From the IMG/VR virus record IMGVR_UViG_2865859272_000007, positions 1-64,000 of that record: DNA of 64,000 bases. The stretch is one strand, 5' to 3'. Below, one piece after another: positions 8,320-17,049 of this stretch; position 1 is the stretch's first letter, and each line of letters starts with the position of its first letter. The notes under the pieces were generated by a model that saw only the letters and a list, made by a program, of their open reading frames with translations, was not told the origin of the DNA and did no database searches. The translations under genes and the position numbers were made by a program. This DNA is from a virus. Lineage: Duplodnaviria > Caudoviricetes.

Positions 8320-8541
8320 ATGACCGACGAGACGACCGCCACCCAGCGCCGGGTCCGCAAGCCGGACCCGCTGAGCCGCTACCGGAAGGCGCGGGCGAAG
8401 GCGGACAAGGCGCGGGCCGCGTACGAGAAGGTGCAGGTGCTGGCCGCGGCCCTGCATGATGCGGAGGCGGAGGAGAGGGCGGCGTACGACGCCCTCTCGG
8501 ACGAGCTCGGTGAGCTCGGCTTCGTGGACGGCGACGAATAG
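8320..8541 (+). CDS. Small coiled-coil hypothetical protein
   Basis: ggag RBS, helical Ala/Arg/Glu composition. Confidence 0.6.
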   Translation: MTDETTATQRRVRKPDPLSRYRKARAKADKARAAYEKVQVLAAALHDAEAEERAAYDALSDELGELGFVDGDE

Positions 8542-8546
8542 CCCCC

Positions 8547-8575
8547 TTGACAGCCCCGACCGAATGGGGCATTCT
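8547..8575 (+). promoter_or_regulatory. Sigma70/HrdB-type promoter for the ncRNA array
   Basis: TTGACA-17 nt-CATTCT; implied start near 8582-8584 coincides with unit 1. Confidence 0.6.
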
Positions 8576-8583
8576 TGGACATC

Positions 8584-8663
8584 GCAACCAGTTGCGAAGG
8601 TGCCGGTTACTTCATTTTGCTGAAGATGAAACCGTACCGTTGCCGATCTTGTTCCCTGGTTGC
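8584..8663 (+). ncRNA. Y-RNA-like unit 1 (short)
   Basis: Closing stem gcaaccag/ctggttgc; gcgaagg...ggttacttc motif; helix with a single bulged C. Confidence 0.65.
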
Positions 8664-8673
8664 GCATGGCTTT

Positions 8674-8813
8674 GATGCCAGTTGCGCAGGAGACGGTTAC
8701 TTCCACTGTTAATGGAGTGGTCGCGGGTTCGAGTCCCGTCGCCAGCCCCTGGTTGGCGTAGCTCAGTTGGTAGAGCACTTACGTTACCGTCGCCGCCCTG
8801 GTTCTCTGGCATC
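8674..8813 (+). ncRNA. YrlA-like Y RNA containing a circularly permuted tRNA-Asn(GUU) module
   Basis: Closing stem gatgccag/ctggcatc; inside, anticodon arm (ctGTTaa), T arm (ttcgagt), acceptor stem closed by a ccctg loop, D arm (gctc-agttggta-gagc). Confidence 0.85.
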
Positions 8814-8826
8814 AACCTCTTCTGGT

Positions 8827-8896
8827 TCGCGCTGCGAAGGCAGCCGGGTACTTCTTTGGGTGAAATATCCCCGGCAAGCCGCACCTGTTCTCGCGA
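8827..8896 (+). ncRNA. Y-RNA-like unit 3 (short)
   Basis: Closing stem tcgcg/cgcga; gcgaagg...gggtacttc motif; gccggg/cccggc helix; ends cctgttctc. Confidence 0.6.
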
Positions 8897-8909
8897 CCCC
8901 CCTCTTCTC

Positions 8910-8936
8910 AAGGGCGCCCCCCGTCGGGCGCCCTTT
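8910..8936 (+). terminator. Intrinsic terminator after the Y RNA array
   Basis: aagggcgccc/gggcgccctt stem with a short T tail. Confidence 0.65.
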
Positions 8937-8969
8937 CTGCTGCGCCCCTGCCCGTAAAGGAACCCCCGC

Positions 8970-10523
8970 ATGTCCCGATTCAACCACCGTGGCGCCAAGG
9001 CCGCCGGACAGTCCCCGATCACAACCACCACCCAGGCCCTCACCCACGAGGGCGGCAGCGGCTACCACCGCGACGAAAAGTCCGAGCTGTTCCTCCTCGC
9101 CGTAGCAAACCTCGTCAGCCAGGACGCCTTCTACGAGACCGGCGGCGAGCGGGACAACCGATACCAGCAGCTCATCCGCCACCTCGCCGTCACCGACCCC
9201 GACTGGACCGTGTCGCTGCTGACCTGGCTCCGTAGCAGCGCCGGCATGCGCACCGCCTCCCTGATCGGAGCGGCCGAGTACGTCAAGGCGCGTCTCGACA
9301 AGGGCATCCACGGCGACAACCGGCAGATCATCGACATGGTGTGCAAGCGGCCTGACGAGCCCGGCGAACTCCTCGCCTACTGGCACTCCCGGTACGGGCG
9401 GGCCCTGCCGATGCCGGTGAAGCGCGGCCTCGCCGACGCCGTCCAGCGTCTGTACGGAGAACGATCGCTGCTGAAGTACGACACCGCGTCCCACGCCTAC
9501 CGCTTCGCCGACGTCATCGAGCTCGTCCACCCGACACCGAAGGCGCCGTGGCAGAGCGATCTGTTCCGGTACGCCATCGACCGCCGCCACAAGCGGGAGG
9601 ATCCGCCGCCCGAGTCGCTGGAGATGATCCGGCACAACGCCTGGCTCCGCGACAAGGCCGGCGAGGAGCCGGAGATCGCCCTCAATGCCACTCACCTCGC
9701 CCAGGCGGGTATGACGTGGGAGGACGCCCTGTCCGCGGTCGGCTCGAAGGTCGACAAGGCCGCCCTGTGGGAGGCCATGATCCCGTCGATGGGGTACATG
9801 GCGCTGCTGCGGAACCTGCGGAACTTCGACGAGGCCGGCGTCAGTGACACGGTCGCCGCCGGGGTCGCTGCGCGCATCGGTGACCCGGGCGAGGTGGAGC
9901 GGTCGCAGCAGTTTCCGATGCGGTTCTTGTCGGCGTACCGTGCGGCGCCTTCGCTGCGCTGGTCGTGGGCGTTGGAGAAGGCGTTGAACCTGTCGCTGGC
10001 GAATGTGCCCCGGCTTCGCGGCCGGACTCTCGTCCTGGTCGACCGGTCGGCTTCGATGTTCTGGGCGCAGTCGAAGCAGTCGCAGCTCACCTTCGCTGAC
10101 ACGGCCGCGGTGTTCGGTACTGCGGTGGCGGTGCGGGCCGAGAACGCGACGCTCGTCCAGTACGGCAGCCTCAGCGAGGAGATCACCCTGCCGCGCGGGA
10201 TATCGGTGCTGAAGGCGATCGAGCGATACAGGAACATGGGCGGCACGAACACCGTCGAGGCGGTGCGGCAGCACTTCCAGGGCCATGACCGTGTCGTCAT
10301 CGTCACCGACGAGCAGGCGTACCCCTCCTACTACGGCAGTGTCGATGACGTTCTGCCGGACAGCGTGCCGCTGTACACCTGGAACCTCGCCGGCTACCGG
10401 GTGGGGCACGGCCGTTCGGGCAGCGGGAACCGGTACACGTTCGGTGGGCTGTCGGATGCGGCGTTCCGCATGATTCCGCTGTTGGAGGCCGGGCGTAACG
10501 CCGACTGGCCGTGGGTGGGGTGA
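8970..10523 (+). CDS. rsr: Ro60-related TROVE-domain protein with C-terminal vWA (Rsr)
   Basis: HEGGSGY...ELFLL, MGYMALLRNLRN, vWA LVLVDRSASM, GGT, VIVTDEQ, WNLAGY. Confidence 0.92.
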   Translation: MSRFNHRGAKAAGQSPITTTTQALTHEGGSGYHRDEKSELFLLAVANLVSQDAFYETGGERDNRYQQLIRHLAVTDPDWTVSLLTWLRSSAGMRTASLIGAAEYVKARLDKGIHGDNRQIIDMVCKRPDEPGELLAYWHSRYGRALPMPVKRGLADAVQRLYGERSLLKYDTASHAYRFADVIELVHPTPKAPWQSDLFRYAIDRRHKREDPPPESLEMIRHNAWLRDKAGEEPEIALNATHLAQAGMTWEDALSAVGSKVDKAALWEAMIPSMGYMALLRNLRNFDEAGVSDTVAAGVAARIGDPGEVERSQQFPMRFLSAYRAAPSLRWSWALEKALNLSLANVPRLRGRTLVLVDRSASMFWAQSKQSQLTFADTAAVFGTAVAVRAENATLVQYGSLSEEITLPRGISVLKAIERYRNMGGTNTVEAVRQHFQGHDRVVIVTDEQAYPSYYGSVDDVLPDSVPLYTWNLAGYRVGHGRSGSGNRYTFGGLSDAAFRMIPLLEAGRNADWPWVG

Positions 10524-10535
10524 CACCAAAAGACC

Positions 10536-10569
10536 GGGGTGGGGCGCTAGTGGCTGGGCGCCCCACCCC
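10536..10569 (+). terminator. Hairpin after rsr
   Basis: ggggtggggcgc/gcgccccacccc 12-bp stem. Confidence 0.6.
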
Positions 10570-10595
10570 CTCTCATAACCGAATAGGGGTCGCGG

Positions 10596-10823
10596 ATGCC
10601 TCACGAATACGAGAAGACGCATCACGAGTGCCACTGCCGTGACTGCGATCCGATGGTGGCGGCGGCCGAGCGACTGGACATCTGGAAGACGGCTCACAAG
10701 GCGCTCACCGAGCGGTCCTGGCCGTCGTCATACGACGTAGACCCGCGCGACGTCCTCATCCTCGCCCACTGGCTGCTTCATCAGGAGGACGCGAGCGACA
10801 GCGGCGATGGGGGGTCGTCGTGA
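10596..10823 (+). CDS. Hypothetical protein
   Basis: HECHCRDC motif; preceded by an ataaccgaatagg box. Confidence 0.6.
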   Translation: MPHEYEKTHHECHCRDCDPMVAAAERLDIWKTAHKALTERSWPSSYDVDPRDVLILAHWLLHQEDASDSGDGGSS

Positions 10824-10849
10824 CCACCACAACAGAATAGAGGCCACCC

Positions 10850-11461
10850 ATGGGAACCGACATCCACGGCGTGCTCCAGTCGCGGTACCGCGACGGACAG
10901 AGCTGGTATACCGAATGCCGGATGGAGGACGGCCGCAACTACCGGCTGTTCGCCGCCCTGGCCGACGTCCGGAATGGCTTCGGCTTCGCCAGAGTCCCAA
11001 CCCACACGCCGATCACGCCCATCGCCGAACCGCGAGGGTGGCCCGACGACTTCAGTCTCAAGCAAGTGCGGTGGATCCTCGGCTACGGCGACGACGAGGA
11101 TGAAGCGTGGCTCGGCGATCACTCGTTCTCCTGGCTCGGCCTCGACGAGGTTGCGGACTGGAAGGGCTGGGACCAGGAGCTCAAGGAGTGCGGTTACATC
11201 AGCCGCGAGGAGTACGAGTCCTGGGATCCCGTGTTCCCGCCGGCCGGCGGCTGGTGCGGTGGGATCTACGGCCGCGACGTGGTTGCGATCGACCAGCGGA
11301 GCGACGCCGATCTGCTGGCAACGAAGGATTGGACCCACGTCCGGGTCTACTGGTCACGTCCGCTCCGGGAGAGCTGCACGGCGTTCCTCGCCTGGGTGGA
11401 GTACGCCAGGGCCAAGACCGCAGGGCAGGAAGCCCGCATCGTCTTCGGGTTCGACTCGTGA
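10850..11461 (+). CDS. Conserved phage hypothetical protein
   Basis: MGTDIH...RNYRLFAALADVRNG...DHSFSWL...RIVFGFDS. Confidence 0.75.
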   Translation: MGTDIHGVLQSRYRDGQSWYTECRMEDGRNYRLFAALADVRNGFGFARVPTHTPITPIAEPRGWPDDFSLKQVRWILGYGDDEDEAWLGDHSFSWLGLDEVADWKGWDQELKECGYISREEYESWDPVFPPAGGWCGGIYGRDVVAIDQRSDADLLATKDWTHVRVYWSRPLRESCTAFLAWVEYARAKTAGQEARIVFGFDS

Positions 11462-11595
11462 CCCGCCGACTCGATACGGCCGTCAAGGCTGCGATGACCG
11501 GTGCCGGAAGTATCGGTTTCCTCCTGCACGCCGCTCTGACGGCCGCCGTGATCTGGGGCGTCATCGAGCTGGTCGCCTGGCTGACGAGCATCTGA
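11458..11595 (+). CDS. Small membrane protein
   Basis: GTGA overlap; hydrophobic C-terminus. Confidence 0.45.
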   Translation: MTRRLDTAVKAAMTGAGSIGFLLHAALTAAVIWGVIELVAWLTSI

Positions 11596-11790
11596 TGACC
11601 AGGGCGAAACGCGTCACCGCCGGCGAGCTGGAGCCGGATGTCGTGGAGCGGATCCGCGCCGACATCGCCCGGTGGCGCCCCGGCCTGTGGGCTCAGGCGG
11701 TGTCGCCGGGGCCGACCTGCCGCTGCGGAGTGAGGCGGAAGCCGGGGCGGTGGACTCGGTACGCGATCGACGAGGGGCGGTGCTGGCGCC

Positions 11791-12003
11791 ATGCGCAAGG
11801 TCCTGAACGGCCGGAGGATCAGGGACCTCGCGTTGCCGGGTGACGACGACGGCGTACTCGACTACCTGATCCGGCAGGCCGTCCGCCGCGACGGACGGTT
11901 CAGCGCGCTGGAGCGCATCGTCTACGGCTGCACCGCTTTCCAGCTTCAGCACGGACTCGATTTCTGCATGATGATCGACTGTCCGAACTGCGGGGGGCTG
12001 TGA
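11791..12003 (+). CDS. Small Cys-containing hypothetical protein
   Basis: C-terminal CPNC. Confidence 0.4.
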   Translation: MRKVLNGRRIRDLALPGDDDGVLDYLIRQAVRRDGRFSALERIVYGCTAFQLQHGLDFCMMIDCPNCGGL

Positions 12004-12030
12004 GGACGGCAGCAGAACGGATAACTGAAT

Positions 12031-12789
12031 ATGGATAACACCGGCCCTCGGATCCTGTCGCTCGACATCGAAACCAGTCCGGTCGTCGCCCACGCCTGGG
12101 CCCTCTTCAAGCAGAACGTCGCGATCAACCAGATTATCGAGCACCCCCGGACGATCTGCTTCGCGGCGAAGTTCATGGATGAACGCAAGGTCCATTTCTA
12201 CAGCGAGTTCGAGCACACCCACAACGGTATGGTTCGGGCCGCTCACGCCCTGTTGGACGAGGCCGACGTCGTCATGCACTTCAACGGCGACCGCTTCGAC
12301 CTGCCTAGGCTCAACACCGAGTTCATTCTCGCCGGGCTCACCCCGCCGGCCCCGTACAAAAGCATCGACCTGTACAAGGTCATCAAGGGGAACTTCAACT
12401 TCACGTCCAACAAGCTGGCCTATGTGTCGGAGCGCCTCGGCCTAGCCGGGAAAGTGAAGCACGACGGGCACGAGCTGTGGATCAAATGCCTTGCCGGCGA
12501 CCCCAAGGCGTGGGCGCAGATGCGCCGATACAACGTCCGTGACGTACGGCTCCTGGAAGAGATCTACGACAAGGTGCGGCCTTGGATCGACAACCATCCG
12601 CACCACGGCCTGTACACCGGCCAAGGCGACGTGTGCCCCAACTGTGGTGGCGTCGACCTGGAGCGCCGCGGTTTCGCCCTTACCGGCGTAGGCCGGTTCC
12701 AACGCTACCGGTGCAGAGCCTGTGGCACGTGGTCCCGCAGCAACCGCCGGGACCACGGAGTTACCACCACACAAGCGAAAGGAAGGTGA
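12031..12789 (+). CDS. RNase H-like (DnaQ/DEDD) 3'-5' exonuclease with C-terminal zinc ribbon
   Basis: LSLDIET, FNGDRFD, SNKL, YNVRDV, CPNC...CRAC. Confidence 0.85.
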   Translation: MDNTGPRILSLDIETSPVVAHAWALFKQNVAINQIIEHPRTICFAAKFMDERKVHFYSEFEHTHNGMVRAAHALLDEADVVMHFNGDRFDLPRLNTEFILAGLTPPAPYKSIDLYKVIKGNFNFTSNKLAYVSERLGLAGKVKHDGHELWIKCLAGDPKAWAQMRRYNVRDVRLLEEIYDKVRPWIDNHPHHGLYTGQGDVCPNCGGVDLERRGFALTGVGRFQRYRCRACGTWSRSNRRDHGVTTTQAKGR

Positions 12790-12793
12790 GGCG

Positions 12794-12913
12794 GTGAGTG
12801 ACCTGACCGCTTCGTTCATCCTCGGTCTCTTCCTCGGTACCGTCCTGGCCCGAGTCCATAACCGGCGTACGGCGCTGGCCCGCATCGAAGCCTACGCCAA
12901 CGGAACCCGATAA
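12794..12913 (+). CDS. Small membrane peptide
   Basis: gaggcg RBS, one TM helix. Confidence 0.45.
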   Translation: MSDLTASFILGLFLGTVLARVHNRRTALARIEAYANGTR

Positions 12914-12936
12914 CACCCCCCGTAAAGGAGCACTGA

Positions 12937-13188
12937 ATGAACCCCGAACTGGACTACCACGAGGAAACCCTGACAGTCGAGCTCGTCAGGGACGGCACCA
13001 CCACCCGCGTCGAGATCATCGACGAGACAGGTGCGGTCATCGGCATGGGCGTCGCCCGCCGCCGCAAGGGCGACAAGCGCAACGCCGCGGTCGGCACGGC
13101 TATCGCGATGCAACGTGCAATGCGCAGCAGCGCCGACGCCTTCAGTCGAGTCGTTGTCAACCACTTCACCGGTAGGCAAGTCCTGTGA
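12937..13188 (+). CDS. Small phage protein, paralog of 25994-26227
   Basis: GMGVARRRKGD...VGTAIAMQRA vs GLGVAKRHPDD...TGAYLAIARA. Confidence 0.65.
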   Translation: MNPELDYHEETLTVELVRDGTTTRVEIIDETGAVIGMGVARRRKGDKRNAAVGTAIAMQRAMRSSADAFSRVVVNHFTGRQVL

Positions 13189-13328
13189 CTCCGCCGAAGC
13201 CGAAGAAGCCGGCGGAGGGCGAGGGCCGGAAGAAAAAGAAGAAGGGTCCGACTCAGGTATCCCCGATGCAGCGGGTGAAGGTCATCGGTGCCGACGGGAA
13301 GGTGAGGTTCGTGTGGCGGCCCTGGTGA
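13185..13328 (+). CDS. Small Lys-rich protein (not in track)
   Basis: GTGA overlaps at both ends; MTPPKPKKPAEGEGRKKKKKG... Confidence 0.45.
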   Translation: MTPPKPKKPAEGEGRKKKKKGPTQVSPMQRVKVIGADGKVRFVWRPW

Positions 13329-13480
13329 GCGAGTGCGCGAAGAGGTCGTACCCGACGCGGCTCGAAGCGCGGGCGACGCTGTTGAAGCTCTGGAAGATGG
13401 GGCGCTCCGAGTCGTCGACGTACTACTGCTCGGCGTGTGATGCGTGGCATCTGACCAGGAAGAAGCGGAGGTGGCCGTGA
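13325..13480 (+). CDS. Small zinc-binding phage protein
   Basis: CAKRSY...YYCSACDAWHLT. Confidence 0.6.
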   Translation: MSECAKRSYPTRLEARATLLKLWKMGRSESSTYYCSACDAWHLTRKKRRWP

Positions 13481-13920
13481 AAGAACCGAAGGGGCACTTT
13501 GAGCACGAGGATGATGAGCATGGCCTGACCGGCGAGTGCTACGGCTGCGGTCACGAGTGGCCGTGCCCGAAGTGGCGGGCTTGGACGTCGTCGAAGGACT
13601 ACCGAATCCAGGAGCTGGAGAGGAAGGTCGAGCGCCTCGGCCTCGACTCCGCCGGGAACCGCAGGGAGCTGTCGAACCTCCGCGAGGCGCACCGCCGTCT
13701 TCAGCTTCTGGTCCGGGGCGGCATCATGCTCGCCCTGCGCGACGCCGGGGCCGGGAGCATCACCGAAGAGGTGACCCGTGAGGCGATCGACGTGACGCCC
13801 CCGTTCAGCGCCTTCAAGGAGTTCACCCCCGGCCTGACGGAGTACACGGTCACCTACACCGGCCCCAACTCGACGTACGTCAACGGCCAGCTCGAATCGC
13901 AGGTCTGGAGCAGCGGATGA
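13477..13920 (+). CDS. Hypothetical protein
   Basis: CYGCGHEWPCP motif and a coiled coil. Confidence 0.6.
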   Translation: MKEPKGHFEHEDDEHGLTGECYGCGHEWPCPKWRAWTSSKDYRIQELERKVERLGLDSAGNRRELSNLREAHRRLQLLVRGGIMLALRDAGAGSITEEVTREAIDVTPPFSAFKEFTPGLTEYTVTYTGPNSTYVNGQLESQVWSSG

Positions 13921-14291
13921 GCCGCTGCCCCTTCAAGCTGCCCGCGATGGGCCGCTGCGACAAGCCAGAAGGGCATGACGGCCCGCACGCCAACGGCGCC
14001 TTCAAGGACTGGGCGCACGAGCTCTCCCCCTCCCCCTACACCGAGCCGTTCGCCGCCCTGGACAACGGCGCCGCCGCATCGAGCCCCGAGACCGCCCCCG
14101 AGCACTACCGCGGCAAGGGCATGGAGCCGTGGGATGTGGTCGACGCGTTCGGGCTGGACTACTACCGGGGCTCGGCTCTGAAGTACATCTTGCGAGCCGG
14201 ACGCAAGGGCCCCGCCGCTGAAGACCTGCGCAAGGCGATCCACTTCCTGCGTAAGGCGCTGGAGCTGGAAGAGAACAGAACGGACAACTGA
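13917..14291 (+). CDS. DUF3310-domain protein
   Basis: PEHY...EPWDVVDAFGLDYYRGSALKYILRAGRKG...DLRKA. Confidence 0.85.
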   Translation: MSRCPFKLPAMGRCDKPEGHDGPHANGAFKDWAHELSPSPYTEPFAALDNGAAASSPETAPEHYRGKGMEPWDVVDAFGLDYYRGSALKYILRAGRKGPAAEDLRKAIHFLRKALELEENRTDN

Positions 14292-14293
14292 AT

Positions 14294-14734
14294 ATGGCTA
14301 AGTGCGCGGTAAACAATTCGCAAATCGCAATCAAGGCGACAGGTTCGACAGAGTGGACCGACATCTCGGATCACTGCACTCGGTGGAGCATCGACGCCCG
14401 GGTTGGGGAGATTTATGAGTGCCGGCTGACGCTGTTTGACGGCAGCATCATCCAGATAGACAAGCGCCATAACGGGCTCAACGACCAGCCGATCAGGGTT
14501 GATGCAGGCGGCGAATCGGTGACAAGGGTGACGCGGAAGCACAATCCGCACTCGCTGAGGCTGGCGACCAACGATGTGATCTCGGTAGCCGGCCACGATC
14601 TTTCCGACCATATCAGCGGATACAGCCAGCACGTACGCGCGGGAGAACTCGACACGGTCGAGCTGGTCATTCAGTGCGACGACGATGTCCTCCGGATCAA
14701 CGGTGTGCACCCATGGAACGAGAAGGACAACTGA
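14294..14734 (+). CDS. Hypothetical protein with internal duplication
   Basis: DISDHCTRWSIDARVGEI vs DLSDHISGYSQHVRAGEL. Confidence 0.6.
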   Translation: MAKCAVNNSQIAIKATGSTEWTDISDHCTRWSIDARVGEIYECRLTLFDGSIIQIDKRHNGLNDQPIRVDAGGESVTRVTRKHNPHSLRLATNDVISVAGHDLSDHISGYSQHVRAGELDTVELVIQCDDDVLRINGVHPWNEKDN

Positions 14735-14736
14735 AT

Positions 14737-15033
14737 ATGTACGAATACCCCAGCAACTCCCGGTCTCACGAAGAACAGCGACGCGCGTGGGCCCTCGAAC
14801 TGGCCGCCAGCACCTTCGGCAGCCGAGCGGTGTCCAGCGACGTCGTCGCGTCCGCCCGGCGGTTCGAGGAGTACCTGAAGACCGGCGGGGAGCTCAGTAA
14901 CGGGCCGCTGATCGGCGTCCAGATACAGTCCAAGCCCCAGAGCGACGCGGCCTGCGACAGCGGGCGCGCGTTCGAGAGGGCCATCGAGGAAACCATGAAG
15001 GTGATGAAGCGCAAGGGCAGCCTCCCCCGATGA
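14737..15033 (+). CDS. Hypothetical protein
   Basis: Starts inside an ACAACTGAATATG motif. Confidence 0.6.
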   Translation: MYEYPSNSRSHEEQRRAWALELAASTFGSRAVSSDVVASARRFEEYLKTGGELSNGPLIGVQIQSKPQSDAACDSGRAFERAIEETMKVMKRKGSLPR

Positions 15034-15296
15034 GCTACGCACGCCTCGGCCAGAGCGGCTCCGACGTCTACGTCTTCATGGACATCAGCGGGCACCTCGA
15101 ATGCTGCCTATGTGCGCTGATGCCGGTCGGCCGCATCCTGCCCGGGAGCTTCAGGGCGCACTGCACACAGGGCATGGTCGACCATCTGGCCGAGCACGAG
15201 GCGGCAGGCCACCACGTCCCCGATTACGTCGTGCCCGAACTGCCGGCCGACGACGCCGAGAACTTCCCCCGCGCGAAGGGAGGTGAACCCGAATGA
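15030..15296 (+). CDS. Hypothetical Cys/His protein
   Basis: SDVYVF...ECCLC...HLAEH...GHHVP. Confidence 0.6.
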   Translation: MSYARLGQSGSDVYVFMDISGHLECCLCALMPVGRILPGSFRAHCTQGMVDHLAEHEAAGHHVPDYVVPELPADDAENFPRAKGGEPE

Positions 15297-15460
15297 CGGG
15301 GCCGATTGACCCGATAACCGACCTGGCTATGGCCGCCGCGCAGGCACACGAGCTGTACCAGGCATATGTCGAAGCTGGATTCACCGAGGAGCAGGCTTTC
15401 GAAATCCTCAAAATCCAAGTCACTGCTGCTGCCATGCCCCCGCTTTTCGGACGGAGGTGA
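15293..15460 (+). CDS. Small hypothetical protein (not in track)
   Basis: HELYQAYVEAGFTEEQAF motif; ATGA overlap. Confidence 0.6.
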   Translation: MTGPIDPITDLAMAAAQAHELYQAYVEAGFTEEQAFEILKIQVTAAAMPPLFGRR

Positions 15461-15465
15461 ATTCG

Positions 15466-15645
15466 ATGACAAGACTCCTTGAGATGAGTGACGAGGAACT
15501 CGCCGCCCGTTTGCGGGCCGCGCGCACCCTCTCACAGGATGACGTGTACGGTAAACGCTGCTGCAATAATCTGCCGATCCCCGCCCAGGCCAGGTACGAA
15601 TCTGCCGCGCATCATCACGGCGTCGACGCCGCATCGGAGCACTGA
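15466..15645 (+). CDS. Hypothetical protein
   Basis: ggagg RBS. Confidence 0.45.
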   Translation: MTRLLEMSDEELAARLRAARTLSQDDVYGKRCCNNLPIPAQARYESAAHHHGVDAASEH

Positions 15646-15869
15646 TGCACCGCGGCGACGCCGTGTGGGGCGGCCTCTTCGCTGCTGGTATCGGCTACGA
15701 GCTGTGGGCGATCCGCAAGGCCCGCCTGGACTACACGCTGTCGCGAACTACCCGCCGTGCGATGTTCCTGCACACCCGTGGCGGGCGGCTCGTGTTCACG
15801 GCCGGGTGGATGTGGTTCGCGGGGTGGTTTCTTCGTCACGTCATGGAGTTCGGAGAGGAAGGATTGTGA
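15645..15869 (+). CDS. Small membrane protein
   Basis: Two hydrophobic segments; TGATG coupling. Confidence 0.55.
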   Translation: MHRGDAVWGGLFAAGIGYELWAIRKARLDYTLSRTTRRAMFLHTRGGRLVFTAGWMWFAGWFLRHVMEFGEEGL

Positions 15870-16674
15870 TGGAGGAGGAACGCAAATGCCCGCCGTTTCG
15901 GCATTACTGGTATTCCGAAGCGGCGCGGGCACCGCGGGTGATCGCGATGGACTGGTGCTGCGTTTGCGGCCATCCGCGCCCGGTAGAGGACATTCCCGGG
16001 AACCGAAGGGCGGTGAAGCGGTGACCACCCCCAAGACGCATGTGCACGTCTGGTTCCAGCTCTACGTGTGCTACGACCCGAAGGCGCGGCTCGGCTCCCC
16101 CCTGGTCGAAGTACGGGCTTGCGGATGCAAGAAGCAGCATGCCCGACCCTGGCGGCCCGTCCCCGAACCATCGTGAGCCAGCCCGACGAACCAGCCCGGC
16201 CCGAACCCACCGTCGAACCCCAGCCACCAGCCGATGTCGGAACCGAATGGCGCTACTGCTCTTCCTGCGCCCGCCTCGAACCCGCAGACGAAGCGGGTGT
16301 CCTGCTGCCGCACCTGGCCTCCAAGTCGACGTCGTCGACGCTGATGTGCCAGGGCGGCGGCGAGAAGGGGCCGCTACTGCCGCCCAAGCCTGACATGGCC
16401 GCGGTGCACAAGTGCCCGTACATGAACGGCTGCAACATCTGCAAGCCCAAGGACGACGATGACGACTACGACGACTGAAACCGCGAGCAAGGGCGTGGAC
16501 TCCGCCCTTCCGCCGGGGCACTGGGTGTGCCCCGGATGCTCCCACGACGGCACGATCGCGCTGTGCGGTGCCTGGCTGCTGGGCATTCCGGCGCCGCCGT
16601 CGGCGCCCCGCTGCGAGAGGTGCGACGACGCCCTCGCCGACCACATGGCTAGCCATCGAGGAGGTCACCGATGA
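15869..16674 (+). other. Run of four small Cys-rich ORFs (15869-16024, 16021-16176, 16173-16478, 16459-16674)
   Basis: Coupled starts/stops and CxxC motifs. Confidence 0.45.
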
Positions 16675-17021
16675 CCGACGACACCGTACGACAGATCCTG
16701 CGTGACGCGGCCGACTACATCGCCGAGCACGGGCACTGCAAGGGCCGGCTCGAATCCTGGTCGCCCGATGCCGATCTGCCGGCGGTGTGTGCGCTGGGGG
16801 CGCTGCGCCGCACCGGCCTGAGGCATGGGATCGCTGCGTACGGCGCCGCCGTGGGGCAGCTGGCCGACCACCTGCGCTCGCGGGACGACGACCCGCGCAT
16901 TCCCTACGCCTGGAAGCGCTGGGTGGACAGCGCCCAGCTCATACCCATTTACAACGACCACGAGGCTACGACGGCTGAGGACGTGATCCTCGCTATGAAG
17001 CGGGCCGCGGAGGACCGGTGA
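16671..17021 (+). CDS. DUF6197-like protein, paralog 1 of 3
   Basis: LRDAADYI...CALGAL...YND...TAEDVILAMKRAA. Confidence 0.7.
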   Translation: MTDDTVRQILRDAADYIAEHGHCKGRLESWSPDADLPAVCALGALRRTGLRHGIAAYGAAVGQLADHLRSRDDDPRIPYAWKRWVDSAQLIPIYNDHEATTAEDVILAMKRAAEDR

Positions 17022-17049
17022 CAGGCCCTGGAGGAAGGAGGCGATCCGA

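Noticed and set aside
8701-8777. An ordinary tRNA-Asn gene
   Set aside because: The arms are in permuted order and the acceptor stem is closed by a loop
8584-8896. The three repeated units as a mini CRISPR array
   Set aside because: The repeats are degenerate, pair within each unit, and flank tRNA-like content next to a TROVE gene, which fits Y RNAs
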